DNA from: an uncultured Chloroflexia bacterium
Lineage (GTDB): Bacteria; Chloroflexota; Limnocylindria; Limnocylindrales; CSP1-4
Reading direction: 5' to 3'
Length of the DNA stretch: 64,000 nucleotides
Assembly: GCA_963810285.1 (NCBI GenBank)
Contig: CAWEMV010000002.1
Span: 1,053,177 to 1,117,176, forward strand
Made by a program: the position numbers and the translations under genes. Below, in pieces: positions 8,413 through 26,437 of the stretch (position 1 is its first letter; each line of letters opens with the position of its first letter). The notes beneath the pieces were generated by a model. The model saw only the letters and a list, made by a program, of their open reading frames with translations. It was not told where the DNA came from and ran no database searches.

Positions 8413-9665
8413 CCGAGATAGCGCACGTACAGATAGACGGACGCGATCACCAGCGAAACGAATGGACGGTCGCCCGTACCGGAAGAATGCGAGGAACGTG
8501 ATGGATCAGTCGTTTCGGGCCGTGACATTCGCGACCACGACGTTGGCTGACGCGCCGATGATCGTGGCATTGCCTCCCAGGCAGGCGCCGAGCGCCGCGC
8601 CCACCACAGAGGCTCGATCGGTATTCCCGAGGCGCCGATCTCCTCGACGACGGGAATCATCGTCGCCGTGTACGGGATGTTGTCGATGATCGCGGAGGCG
8701 ATCCCGCTCAGCCACGCGAGCCCCAGCGTCGTCACGGTGGGATCGCCCGCGGTCACGGTCACGAGCGCGTCGGCAACGGCGTCGACGATGCCGACATGGA
8801 CGACGGCCTCGACGAGCATGAACAGACCTACGAAGAAGAACAGCGTCGACCATTCGACGCCACGCAGGACTTCCTCGACGTCCGCCCTGGCCAACAGCAT
8901 GAGCGTCGCGGCCCCAAGGAGCGCGATCGCCCCGCCTCCAGACCGAGAGGTCGGGCGAACAGGAACCCGAGGATCGTCACTCCGATCACACCAAGCGTCA
9001 ATCGGAGGAGCCGGGCTCAGTCAGCACTTCACGCTCGTCGAGCGCGAGGACGGCGTCCGGACCGACGGGTCCACCGACAAGTCGCGGCTGAAGAACCAGC
9101 GTGTCATCGCAAGGAAGGCGATGAACACGATGGACGCCGCCGGGGCCGTGGATGAGGAAGTCGGTGAAGCCCAGGTCTGCCGCAGAACCGATGAGGATGT
9201 TGGGAGGGTCGCCGATCAGAGTGGCCGACCCACCGATGTTCGACGCAAGGATCTCGCTGATCGATATGGCACCGGCGAGACGCGGAGGACGTTCGCGATA
9301 TAGACGGTTACCGGAGCGATCAGAACGACCGTTGTGACGTTGTCAAGGACCGCTGACATCAGAGCCGTCACGATGCTGAGGACGATGAGGAGGCGGTATG
9401 GCTGCCCGTCGGCGACCTTGACCGACCGGATCGCGACCCACTGGAAGAACCCCGTCTCGCTGAGGATATTTGCCAGGATCATCATCCCAGCGAGCAGGAA
9501 GATGACATTGAGGTCGATCGCTCCGAACGCTTCCTCCTGCCCGACGATCCCGATGATCACGACCAGCGCTCCGCCGAGCAGCGCCGCCACCGTCTTGTCG
9601 ACCCGATCCGTCGCGATCAGCGCGTACGTGACGATGAAGATGATCCCGGTGAGGGCGACCTCCAC
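8409..9665 (-). pseudogene. ArsB/NhaD-superfamily anion permease, degraded (multiple frameshifts plus an in-frame TGA)
   Basis: Homologous segments are scattered over all three minus-strand frames:
- ORF 9216..9665 covers the N-terminus through VYIANVLRVSPVPY.
- My reverse translation of 9150-9260 in another frame gives ISEILASNIGGSATLIGDPPNILIGSAADLGFTDFLIH.
- Further pieces read SIVFIAFLAMTRWFFSRDL, DAVLALDEREVLTEPG, LLRLTLGVIGVTILGFLFARPLGLEAG, AIALLGAATLMLLARADVEEVLRGVEWSTLFFFVGLFMLVEA... (ORF 8409..8900) and [43 protein letters not shown] (ORF 8506..8853). Confidence 0.75.
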
Positions 9666-9674
9666 GCTGACTCC

Positions 9675-10181
9675 TCAGCCGGATGACTGCGGGCTCTCGG
9701 GCTCGAGTGCCTCGAGGTACCGCAGCGACACTTCCAGGAGATCCAGATAACCCGTTGGCTTGCCTTCGGCATCCACGACGTAGAGGCCCGACAAGTGGCG
9801 GGCATGCATCAGCCGAAAGGCCGCATCGATCGTGGCATCCGCCTTGACCGATGCCGGCGGCAGCATCACGTCAGAGACGCGACGAGCACCCACCTCGCGG
9901 CCAAACCGGGCAGCCTCGTCCATGTCGGCCAGTCCGGCGAGGAGCGTTTCGGGCGCAACGCGCGCGACAACGGTCTCGGCGAGTCGGAGGATGGGCATGG
10001 TGCCGACCAGGACGCCCGTGGCGTCGACGACACCGATGACCCTGGTCTGTAGCTGGGCTGCCGCCAGGCGCACGATCGATAGTGGGTCATCGTCGACCGA
10101 TACGAGCAGTGGCTCCACCGGGAGGAGACCAACGCACTCAGATACCGGGGTCCGCCGGACGTCACGGATGCGGTCGCTCAT
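9675..10181 (-). CDS. CBS domain-containing protein
   Basis: ATG at 10181 (MSDRIRDV...). Two CBS-like repeats are present (VIGVVDATGVLVGT... and LSGLYVVDAEGKPTGYLDLLE). It lies directly upstream of the decayed permease. Confidence 0.7.
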   Translation of the reverse strand: MSDRIRDVRRTPVSECVGLLPVEPLLVSVDDDPLSIVRLAAAQLQTRVIGVVDATGVLVGTMPILRLAETVVARVAPETLLAGLADMDEAARFGREVGARRVSDVMLPPASVKADATIDAAFRLMHARHLSGLYVVDAEGKPTGYLDLLEVSLRYLEALEPESPQSSG

Positions 10182-10239
10182 GCGATGGCACAACGGGCCA
10201 CGCGCCCGCGCGTATCACGAAGTCGCGGGGCGATCGCGT

Positions 10240-11400
10240 TTACCACTCGGCGCGGGTCTGCCGGATGTTGATGCTCTGGAGGATCCCGAGGCCGATGGCG
10301 ATGCTGACCAGCGAGGCGCCGCCGTGGGTCACGAACGGCAGCGGGATGCCGGTGATCGGCATGATGCCCATCACCATCCCGACGTTCACGAACAGCTGGA
10401 ACAGCACCATCGCGGCGACGCCCGACGCGAACAGCGACCCGAACGGGTCACGCGAGCGCCAACCCGCGACCAGGACGCGCCACAGCAGCAGGATGAACAG
10501 CACGAACAGGACCATCGCGCCGATGAAGCCGAGCTCCTCCGCCAGCACCGAGAACACGAAGTCGGTCGACTGGACCGGGAGGAAGTCGCCCTGGGTCTGC
10601 GTGCCGTTGGTCAGGCCCCGACCGAACCAGCCACCCGAGCCGACCGCGATCTGCGACTGGTAGAGCTGGTAGCCCGAGTCGGAGACATCCGGGTTCGGGT
10701 TGAGGAACGACGTCAGGCGTTCCTTTTGATAGTCCCGAAGGATGTAGGTCCACGCGATCGGGACCATCGCGATCACCCCTGCCGCCAGCACCGCCAACCA
10801 CTTCATGCTGGCGCCGGACATCCAGAGCATGCCGGCGAGGATCGCTGCGAACACCAGCGAGGTCCCCAGGTCGGGCTGGAGCATGACCAGCACCCACGGC
10901 GGGATGACCAGCAGGCACGCGCCGATGATCGTCCTCGGCGACTCCAGCTGGTGGTGCCTGCTGGTCAGGTAGTTGGCGAGCACGACGATCATCAGGATCT
11001 TGGCGAGCTCGCTGAACTGGAACGTGAACGGGCCGACCGTGATCCAGCGGGCCGAGTTGCCGACGCCGTCGCCGATCGCCAGCGTCACGACCAGCAGGCC
11101 GATCTGGAACGCGTACACGGGCCACGACAGCGTCTGGAGCCAGCGGTAGTCGAACGCCGTCGCCAGGATGAAGGCGATCGCCGCGATACCGGCCCACATC
11201 AGCCCACGCGTGAACGTCGTCCCCGCCTCGAGCGGGGTGGACCCGTTCTCGACGCTGTTCGTGTAGGCCATCACGAGGCCGATCGCGACGAGCAGCCCGG
11301 CATACACCACGAGCTGCAGGTCGAATGCCCGCCACGCCGCACCGACGGATCGGGCTGCCCAGTCGGTGACGCGTGCGGGCTCGGCTCGGATGACGCCCAT
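10240..11400 (-). CDS. rodA: SEDS-family peptidoglycan glycosyltransferase RodA
   Basis: ORF 10240..12513 trimmed to ATG at 11400 (ATGA overlap with the mrdA stop). It has 10 TM helices and the FtsW/RodA motifs QPSELAK-like FQFSELAKI, LQPDLGT and TDFVFSVLAEELGFIG. Confidence 0.9.
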   Translation of the reverse strand: MGVIRAEPARVTDWAARSVGAAWRAFDLQLVVYAGLLVAIGLVMAYTNSVENGSTPLEAGTTFTRGLMWAGIAAIAFILATAFDYRWLQTLSWPVYAFQIGLLVVTLAIGDGVGNSARWITVGPFTFQFSELAKILMIVVLANYLTSRHHQLESPRTIIGACLLVIPPWVLVMLQPDLGTSLVFAAILAGMLWMSGASMKWLAVLAAGVIAMVPIAWTYILRDYQKERLTSFLNPNPDVSDSGYQLYQSQIAVGSGGWFGRGLTNGTQTQGDFLPVQSTDFVFSVLAEELGFIGAMVLFVLFILLLWRVLVAGWRSRDPFGSLFASGVAAMVLFQLFVNVGMVMGIMPITGIPLPFVTHGGASLVSIAIGLGILQSINIRQTRAEW

Positions 11401-13301
11401 CAGTCGTTGGAGTAGAAGTTGCTGCGCACCATGTTCTCGAAGAGACGGTAGTCCTTCTTGATGCCGTACTGGAGCTGGAAGAAGTACTTCACGATCTCGG
11501 TCGCGGCGTTGCCCTTCGTGCGGGAGTCGTGGGCGAAGGCCATGACGATCAGGCGCGAATCGTGGTCCTCGAACGACCCGTTGCGCGGGTCCTTCGGGGT
11601 GAAGCCGACGAAGAACGACGAGTACGGCAGCCGGCCCTTGGAGTCGGGTGTGCCGAACTCGGCCGTTCCGGACTTGCCGGCGATCTTGATCGGGAGGTCG
11701 ACGAGGTTGTACGTGTGGCGGAGCGTCACCGTCTCCCGTGAGGCAAGCCGCATGGTGCGCAGCACGCTCGGCTTGGCCTTGAGCTTGTGGATGACCTTCG
11801 GCTCGAACGGTCGCACGATCTCGCCGTCCGGCCCGATGACCTCGCGGACGATCTGCGGCTGGTACAGCTTGCCGCCGTTCGCGAGCGCCGCGTAGGCGTT
11901 GATGAGCTGGAGCGGCGTCACCGCGTCGTAGCCCTGGCCGATGCCGGCCTGGTACGTCTCGCCCGCGAACACGGGCGCGCCGAGCGCGTTCTGCTTCCAC
12001 GCGTTGTCCGGGACGATCCCGGCGACCTCGCCGGGCAGATCGACGCCGGTCGGGGCGCCGAAGCCGTACTGTCGCGCCCAATACGCGAGCCGGTCGATCC
12101 CGAGCATGCCGGCCACCTGGTAGAAGTACGTGTCGCTCGAGTGACCGAAGCCGCAGTAGATATCGCAGGCGCCCCACCCACGCCGGTTCCATTCGTAGAA
12201 CTTCGTGTCGCCGAGCGTGAGGAAGCTCTTCGTCATCAGGCGCGTACCGGCGGTGATCTCCCGGTCGGCCAGGCCCCCTGTGCCGGTGACGAGCTTGTAC
12301 GTCGATCCCGGCGCGTAGTGCGCCTGGATGGCGTGGTTGATGAGCGGCTTGTCCTTGTTGTCGAGGAGCTTCTCGTAGTCCTTGACGCTGATGCCCCGGG
12401 CGAACTTGTTGTTGTCGTAGGTGGGCATGCTGACCATCGCCAGGATCTCGCCGGTCTGCGGGTTCATGGCGATGACGACGCCACGCTTCATCCCGATGCG
12501 GTCCATGGCCCACCGGAGCGCCTTCTGGGCGTTGCGCTGGGCCTTCGTGTCGATGGTGAGCGTGAGCGATGCGCCGGGCACGGGTTCGCGCATGGTCTGC
12601 AGCACCTGCGTCCGGCGCCCCGTCTTGTCGCGCGCCACGCTCTCGAGCCCATACGTGCCGCGCAGCTCGGTCTCGTACTGTGACTCGAGGCCGACCTTTC
12701 CGAGCAGGTCGTCGGGCTGATACCCCAGGTCGCGGAGGTCCGGCAGCTGCTCGGCCGACACCGGACCCGTGTAGCCGAGGAGCTGCGACATCAACGGTCC
12801 GTCCGTGTACTGGCGGCGGGCTTCGACGGCGACTTCGACGCCGGGCAGCTCGTACCCGGCTTCCGAGATCAGCTGGGCGGTCTCGCGGTCGACGTCCTGC
12901 GCCACGCGGACGAGATCGAACGCGGACCCCGGATTGCCATCGATCGTCGCGTTGATGTCCGACGGGTCCATGCTCAGCAGGGCGGCCAGCCGGTCGACGA
13001 CCTCGTCGCGTACCTCATCCGGCAGGTCGGCCGGGCGCACCTTCACGGCGAACGTGGGCACGTTCTTCACGAGCAACCGTCCGTTGCGGTCGTACATGAA
13101 GCCGCGTGGCGCCGGGATCGGCTCGTTCACCGTCCGCTGCTGGTTCGAGATCGCCGCGAACTCGGTCCCGTTGGTGATCTGGAGGTAGAACAGACGGGCG
13201 GTCAGCGTCCCGACCGCCAGGACCACCACGAGCCCGAAGACCAGGAACCGCGAGAACCGGCGTTCCGGGAGCGGCCGGCCGTCAAGCGATGCGTTCACCA
13301 A
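11400..13301 (-). CDS. mrdA: penicillin-binding protein 2 (class B transpeptidase)
   Basis: 633 aa with an N-terminal TM anchor and a PBP dimerisation domain. Transpeptidase motifs are STYK (APGSTYKLV), SSD (GHSSDTYF) and KSGT (IAGKSGTAE). Confidence 0.9.
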   Translation of the reverse strand: MVNASLDGRPLPERRFSRFLVFGLVVVLAVGTLTARLFYLQITNGTEFAAISNQQRTVNEPIPAPRGFMYDRNGRLLVKNVPTFAVKVRPADLPDEVRDEVVDRLAALLSMDPSDINATIDGNPGSAFDLVRVAQDVDRETAQLISEAGYELPGVEVAVEARRQYTDGPLMSQLLGYTGPVSAEQLPDLRDLGYQPDDLLGKVGLESQYETELRGTYGLESVARDKTGRRTQVLQTMREPVPGASLTLTIDTKAQRNAQKALRWAMDRIGMKRGVVIAMNPQTGEILAMVSMPTYDNNKFARGISVKDYEKLLDNKDKPLINHAIQAHYAPGSTYKLVTGTGGLADREITAGTRLMTKSFLTLGDTKFYEWNRRGWGACDIYCGFGHSSDTYFYQVAGMLGIDRLAYWARQYGFGAPTGVDLPGEVAGIVPDNAWKQNALGAPVFAGETYQAGIGQGYDAVTPLQLINAYAALANGGKLYQPQIVREVIGPDGEIVRPFEPKVIHKLKAKPSVLRTMRLASRETVTLRHTYNLVDLPIKIAGKSGTAEFGTPDSKGRLPYSSFFVGFTPKDPRNGSFEDHDSRLIVMAFAHDSRTKGNAATEIVKYFFQLQYGIKKDYRLFENMVRSNFYSND

Positions 13302-13795
13302 TCGACCCGTTCCTGCTCGAGGCGGCGATCATGCACCGCGACCGTCAGCGGACCGATGATCGCGGCGAGCACAGCGTCGTACACGGCGCCCGGGAAGACG
13401 GCCGCGAGGGGGTCGGCGACGGGTGGTGGCGCACCGAGCGCCCCGAAGGTCACGAAGAGGATCATCGAGTAGGCCAGGCTGAAGAGGAAGACCGCGACGA
13501 TCGGGATGATCGGACGGAGTTGGACGAGAGAGCGAGCAAGGACGGATGTGCCTCCGACGCAGAGCAGGAGTGCGAACGCGGTCGAGCCGAGCGGACGCTG
13601 TGCCAGGACATCAAGCGCGAGCCCTCCCACGAAGGCCCAGACGAGGCCGGCCTCGAGGCCGAAGGCGATCGTCACGATCACCGCCAGCACGAGGACCGGG
13701 TGCGGTTGAGCCGACCCGATCCGGAGGTATGGGGTCACGGTAAGTTCGATCAGGGCCGTCACCACCGCGCCGACCGCGGCGAGCAGCAGGGTCAT
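13295..13795 (-). CDS. mreD: rod shape-determining protein MreD
   Basis: ~166 aa polytopic membrane protein (MTLLLAAVGAVVTALIELTV...) immediately upstream of and overlapping mrdA. ATG at 13795 chosen over 13843. Confidence 0.6.
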   Translation of the reverse strand: MTLLLAAVGAVVTALIELTVTPYLRIGSAQPHPVLVLAVIVTIAFGLEAGLVWAFVGGLALDVLAQRPLGSTAFALLLCVGGTSVLARSLVQLRPIIPIVAVFLFSLAYSMILFVTFGALGAPPPVADPLAAVFPGAVYDAVLAAIIGPLTVAVHDRRLEQERVDW

Positions 13796-13941
13796 CGGAC
13801 GGGTCGTTTCCTCGGCGAAGCGGCCAGAAGGTCGCGCGCCCACCTGCCCGGCACTCGTTCACGACCGAATCGGCGGCGACTCGGGGCGGAGTATCCCACG
13901 GACCGTCGGAACGGGCAACGACCCCGGTCTCGACGACGGGA

Positions 13942-13957
13942 TGTTTCACGTGAAACG
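13942..13957. promoter_or_regulatory. parS centromere-like site
   Basis: TGTTTCACGTGAAACG matches 15 of 16 positions of the consensus TGTTTCACGTGAAACA. It lies 139 nt upstream of parA. Confidence 0.8.
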
Positions 13958-14051
13958 GCCACCCGCCGGTACGTCGCAGCTAAGCGAGCGAGTGGCACAG
14001 TCCGCCGCATCCATAGATACACGCCGACGGCCGAGGTCGAACGGGCTTCGA

Positions 14052-14060
14052 TGGTAGAAT
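14052..14060 (+). promoter_or_regulatory. possible extended -10 promoter element for parAB-gyrB
   Basis: TGgTAGAAT lies 36 nt upstream of the parA GTG. No convincing -35. Confidence 0.3.
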
Positions 14061-14095
14061 CAACTTCCGTGAAATCAGTCCGAGCGGATCGCTGA

Positions 14096-14934
14096 GTGGG
14101 GCGGACGATCGCCTGCGCGAACCAGAAGGGCGGCGTCGGCAAGACCACGACGGTGGTGAACCTGGCGAGTCTGCTGGCCCTTGCAGGTGACCGGGTCCTC
14201 CTCATCGATCTGGACCCCCAGGGCAATGCCACGAGCGGCGTCGGGATCGACCGGGCGTCGCTCGAGCGCTCCACGTACGACGGGATCATCGACGGCGTCG
14301 ACCTGCGAGACCTGATCGTGCGTGGCACCTCGCAGGGTGTCGACATCGTGCCGTCGGCGATCGCGCTCGCCGGCGCGGAGGTCGAGCTCGTCGGGGCGTC
14401 GTCGCGCGAGCGACGTCTTCGCGGGCTGCTCGAGCCGATCTCAGATGCCTACGACGTCATCTTCATCGATTGCCCGCCATCGCTCGGGCTGCTCACCGTC
14501 AACGCGCTGACCGCCGCAGATGCGGTCCTCATCCCGCTCCAATGTGAGTACTACGCCCTGGAGGGATTGACCCAGTTGCTGGCTACCATCGAGCTCGTCC
14601 GGGACCACCTGAACCCACGCCTGGCCATCGACGGCGTCGTCCTGACCATGGCCGACGCCCGGACCAACTTGTCCGCCGATGTCGAAGCTGAGGCGCGACG
14701 CCACCTCGACGGCACCGTGTACGACACGGTCATCCCGCGGAGCGTGCGCCTCTCAGAGGCGCCCAGCCACGGCCGGTCGATCGCGACGTACGCCCCAGGC
14801 TCACGTGGCGGGATGGCCTATGCCGCGCTCGCGACGGAGTTCCGGGCGCGAAACGCCCGGCGTGCGGCGAGCGCGCCGTCGAGGGACGCGGTGGGCGTCC
14901 CGGTCATGCGCGAGCCCGACGTGGCGGTGGTCTC

Positions 14935-14938
<4 letters not shown>
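14096..14938 (+). CDS. parA: chromosome partitioning ATPase ParA/Soj
   Basis: Deviant Walker A NQKGGVGKTTT, then LLIDLDPQGNAT and IFIDCPPSLG. Confidence 0.93.
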
Positions 14939-17768
<2,830 letters not shown>

Positions 17769-17772
17769 GGCC

Positions 17773-18282
17773 ATGGTGGTCGACGTCCCGGGCGTCCCGC
17801 GCCTGGAGATCGCCCCCCATCATTGCTTCGCCTGCGGGACGCTCAACACGAGCGGGATGGGCCTCGTCCTGCACGTCGAGCGCGGTCGCTCGTGGGTCGA
17901 GCTGGTCCTCGAGCCACGGTTCCAGGGCTGGGACGGGATCGCGCACGGCGGCATCGTCACCACGATCCTCGACGAGGTGATGGCCTGGGCACTCGTGGGC
18001 GAGGACAACTGGGGCCTGACCGCGCGGATCGCGGTCGATTTCAAGCGCCCGGTCCAGGTCGGCCAGGCGTTGCGGGCCGAGGGCTGGATCACCCGCTCGC
18101 GGCGCCGGATCGTCGACACCGAGAGCCGCTTGCTCGACGCGGGGTCGGGCACCACCCTGGCGACTGCGACCGGCGTCTACGTGGCCGCCGACGAGGGGCG
18201 CAAGCGGGAGCTCCGGCAGCGCTACGGCTGGACGCCGCTCCCAGAGACCGATACCCCCGACATCGTGGACGGCCAGGGATGA
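17773..18282 (+). CDS. PaaI-family (hotdog-fold) thioesterase
   Basis: CFACGTLNTSGMGL and HGGIVTTILDEVMAWA are typical of PaaI-type thioesterases. ATG at 17773 preferred over the TTG at 17758. Confidence 0.7.
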   Translation: MVVDVPGVPRLEIAPHHCFACGTLNTSGMGLVLHVERGRSWVELVLEPRFQGWDGIAHGGIVTTILDEVMAWALVGEDNWGLTARIAVDFKRPVQVGQALRAEGWITRSRRRIVDTESRLLDAGSGTTLATATGVYVAADEGRKRELRQRYGWTPLPETDTPDIVDGQG

Positions 18283-19262
18283 GCCCCGTCGCCGAGGCGG
18301 CACGCCCGCGCAGCCCCGTCACCGAGCGTGCGGTCGCGTTCGTCGCCGAGCGCAAGCCGTCGGCAGAGGCACTCGGCGGCGCCATCGCCGACCACATCAA
18401 CGACCCCGACGCGTTCACGAGGGCCCTCGATACCGGGCTCCGGTCGCTCGCGGATCCGGAGTACCTCGAGGGCCAGCATCGCGTCGCCCCCGGGCTCGGC
18501 CCGGTCTACGGCGTCCGCTGGCCGTTGCTGGCGGCCGTCGTCCGCGGCTTCCGCGCTGCGACGCGCCACGATCGCCCGACCTCGCTGCTGTTCCTGGCCG
18601 ATCGCCTGTTCCACGAGGATCGCCTCGAGATGCGCTGGTTCGCCTTCGCGCTCCTCGAGCGGACGCTGGCCGCTGATCCCGAGCGGACCTGGCAGCTGCT
18701 CCGGCGCGGTGCCCGGGAGGCGGCCGACTGGATCACCGTCGACGACCTCGCCCACCCGTACGGCACCGGCATCGCCGCGGAGTCGTACCGCTGGGCGGAG
18801 CTCGACCAGCTCGTCTTCTCGCCGTCGCGCTGGGAGCGCCGCCTCGTCGCGTCGACGATCGCGACGATGACCCACGGCAACCGCCGGTCGGGTCGCGGCC
18901 CCGACGTCGTCGACCACGCCCTGCCGCTGCTCGGCCAGCTCGTCGGCGACGCCGAGCCGGATGTCCAGAAGGCACTGTCCTGGGCGTATCGCTCGCTCGC
19001 CGGCATCGACCGCGCCCGAACGACCGAGGCGCTGACCGCCGAGACCGACCGCGCGGTGGCGACCGACGACGGGCACCGCGCATGGGTCATCCGCGACAGC
19101 CTGTCCAAGCTCGACCCGGCCGATGCCGACCGCCTGCGCGATCGGCTCACCGGGATCCGCCGGCGGCCCGGCGCCCCATCGACCTCCAGCGCCGCCGCGC
19201 TGGCCGAGCGCTTCGGCGGTCTGCCGGATCCCGGCATGCACCCCGAACCCCCGCTGACCTGA
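18279..19262 (+). CDS. DNA alkylation repair (AlkD-like, HEAT-repeat) family protein
   Basis: C-terminal 327 aa of ORF 17823..19262, from ATG 18279 (ATGA overlap). LADPEYLEGQHRV...YGVRWPLL...LEMRWFAFALLE...WITVDDLA...SRWERRLV is consistent with PF08713-type proteins. Call is tentative. Confidence 0.5.
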   Translation: MSPVAEAARPRSPVTERAVAFVAERKPSAEALGGAIADHINDPDAFTRALDTGLRSLADPEYLEGQHRVAPGLGPVYGVRWPLLAAVVRGFRAATRHDRPTSLLFLADRLFHEDRLEMRWFAFALLERTLAADPERTWQLLRRGAREAADWITVDDLAHPYGTGIAAESYRWAELDQLVFSPSRWERRLVASTIATMTHGNRRSGRGPDVVDHALPLLGQLVGDAEPDVQKALSWAYRSLAGIDRARTTEALTAETDRAVATDDGHRAWVIRDSLSKLDPADADRLRDRLTGIRRRPGAPSTSSAAALAERFGGLPDPGMHPEPPLT

Positions 19263-19278
19263 TCAGGAGTAGCCGACC

Positions 19279-21842
<2,564 letters not shown>

Positions 21843-21846
<4 letters not shown>

Positions 21847-22949
21847 CGGTCTTCGGCCAGCGAGAGGCGGCGCCCTTGTACGCGGACCAGTTCGAGATCT
21901 ACCACGGCAACGCGAACCCCGAGCTCGCGCGCAAGATCGCGCGCTATCTCGGGATGGAGTGCGGCAAGGCCGAGGTGTTCCAGTTCGCGAACGAGAACAT
22001 CTTCGTCAAGATCCTCGACAACGTCCGCGAGAAGGACGTGTTCCTGGTCCAGCCGACGTCGCATCCGGTCAACCAGTCGATCATGGAGCTGCTGATCATG
22101 ATCGACGCGTTCAAGCGGGCGTCGGCCGGCCGGATCACCGCGGTCATCCCGTTCTACGCCTACGGCCGGTCCGACAAGAAGGACCAGCCTCGCGTCCCGA
22201 TCACGGCCCGGCTGATCGCCGACATGATCACGGTCGCCGGTGCCGACCGCGTGCTGTCGATGGACCTCCACCAGGGCCAGATCCAGGGCTTCTTCAACAT
22301 CCCGGTCGACGAGCTGACGGCGGTCCACCTCCTGTCGCGCTACTTCATCGACAAGCGACTCGACGACTGCGTCATCGTGACCGACCTCGGGTTCGCCAAG
22401 CGCGCCCGCACCTTCGCCGAGATCCTCGACGCGCCGCTGGCCATCATCGAGAAGCGCCGCGTCGGGAACCTCGACCGGGCGGAGCTGATGAACGTGATCG
22501 GTGAGGTCAAGGGCAAGCGGGCGATCATCGTCGACGACGAGTTCGATACGGGCGGGACGCTCATCGAGGTCGTCCGGGCCCTCGAGCGCGAGGGCGTGAC
22601 CGAGATGTACGCCTGCGCGACCCACGGTGTGCTGTCGGACCCCGCGATCGAGCGGATCCGCGACAGCGTGCTGCGCGAGGTCGTCGTGACCGACACGATC
22701 CCGTTGCCGCCGTCCAAGCGCCTCTCGAAGGTCACCCAGCTGTCGGTCGCGCCGCTCATCGGCGAGGCCATCAAGCGCATCCACCGCGGCGAGTCGGTCG
22801 GGGCGCTGTTCTCCAGCGAGGTCTCGTTCACGCAGGAGATGCTGCTGTGGGACGAGGGTGGCGACGGCGGGAGCCCGCCCGCCGAGGGCGGTGACGATGC
22901 GGAGCCCCCGACAGCGGACCTCGCGACGGCAAGCCGGGCCGATCGATGA
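21843..22949 (+). CDS. prs: ribose-phosphate pyrophosphokinase
   Basis: [31 protein letters not shown] and the PRPP loop [17 protein letters not shown] overlap with the gyrA stop. Confidence 0.92.
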
Positions 22950-23194
22950 CGCTGCAGCTCCACCGACCCGATGGCGAGGGCGGGCTCGAGCCGCGACCGG
23001 CCGAGCCCGACTGGCAGTCGCAGCTGCGGTCGACGCGCTGGGGCTCGACGCTGCGCCGCGACCGCCTGCCGGAGCTCAAGAACACCGAGATGTACCCGAC
23101 GTCCCGGGTCATGTCGATCCTGTTCTGGGTGGGTCTGGCGGTCCTGACGTTCGTGCTGCTCGTCGCGGGCTACGCCACGGGCTTCTGGGGGTAG
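22946..23194 (+). CDS. hypothetical small membrane protein
   Basis: 82 aa with an ATGA overlap with the prs stop and a single C-terminal TM helix (VMSILFWVGLAVLTFVLLVAGYATGFW). No recognisable family. Confidence 0.4.
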   Translation: MTLQLHRPDGEGGLEPRPAEPDWQSQLRSTRWGSTLRRDRLPELKNTEMYPTSRVMSILFWVGLAVLTFVLLVAGYATGFWG

Positions 23195-23437
23195 GGGACC
23201 GGCGGCGGGCAGAATTCCCCGCCCGGACCTTCACGGATAGTCCTGGTGGGACTGCGGATCGAGCCGCCGGCGTTGGATTCGCCGGATCTGCTTCGCGCCG
23301 AGTCACCGGGGGACTGGCAGGCAAGCGAATCGCCCGATCGCCGTCATCGCGAGTCCCACCAGGACTGAACGCGAAGAGGGCGGCGGGTCGACCGTAGACG
23401 GGGAACCGAGCGGTCTCGGCCTATACTTCACGCTCCC

Positions 23438-26422
<2,985 letters not shown>

Positions 26423-26437
26423 TCGACTGATCCCACC

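Noticed and set aside
14064-14076. Second parS-like half site, CTTCCGTGAAATC, near the parA start.
   Set aside because: It needs an indel relative to the TTTCACGTGAAA core and lacks the palindromic partner. It is probably a chance match.
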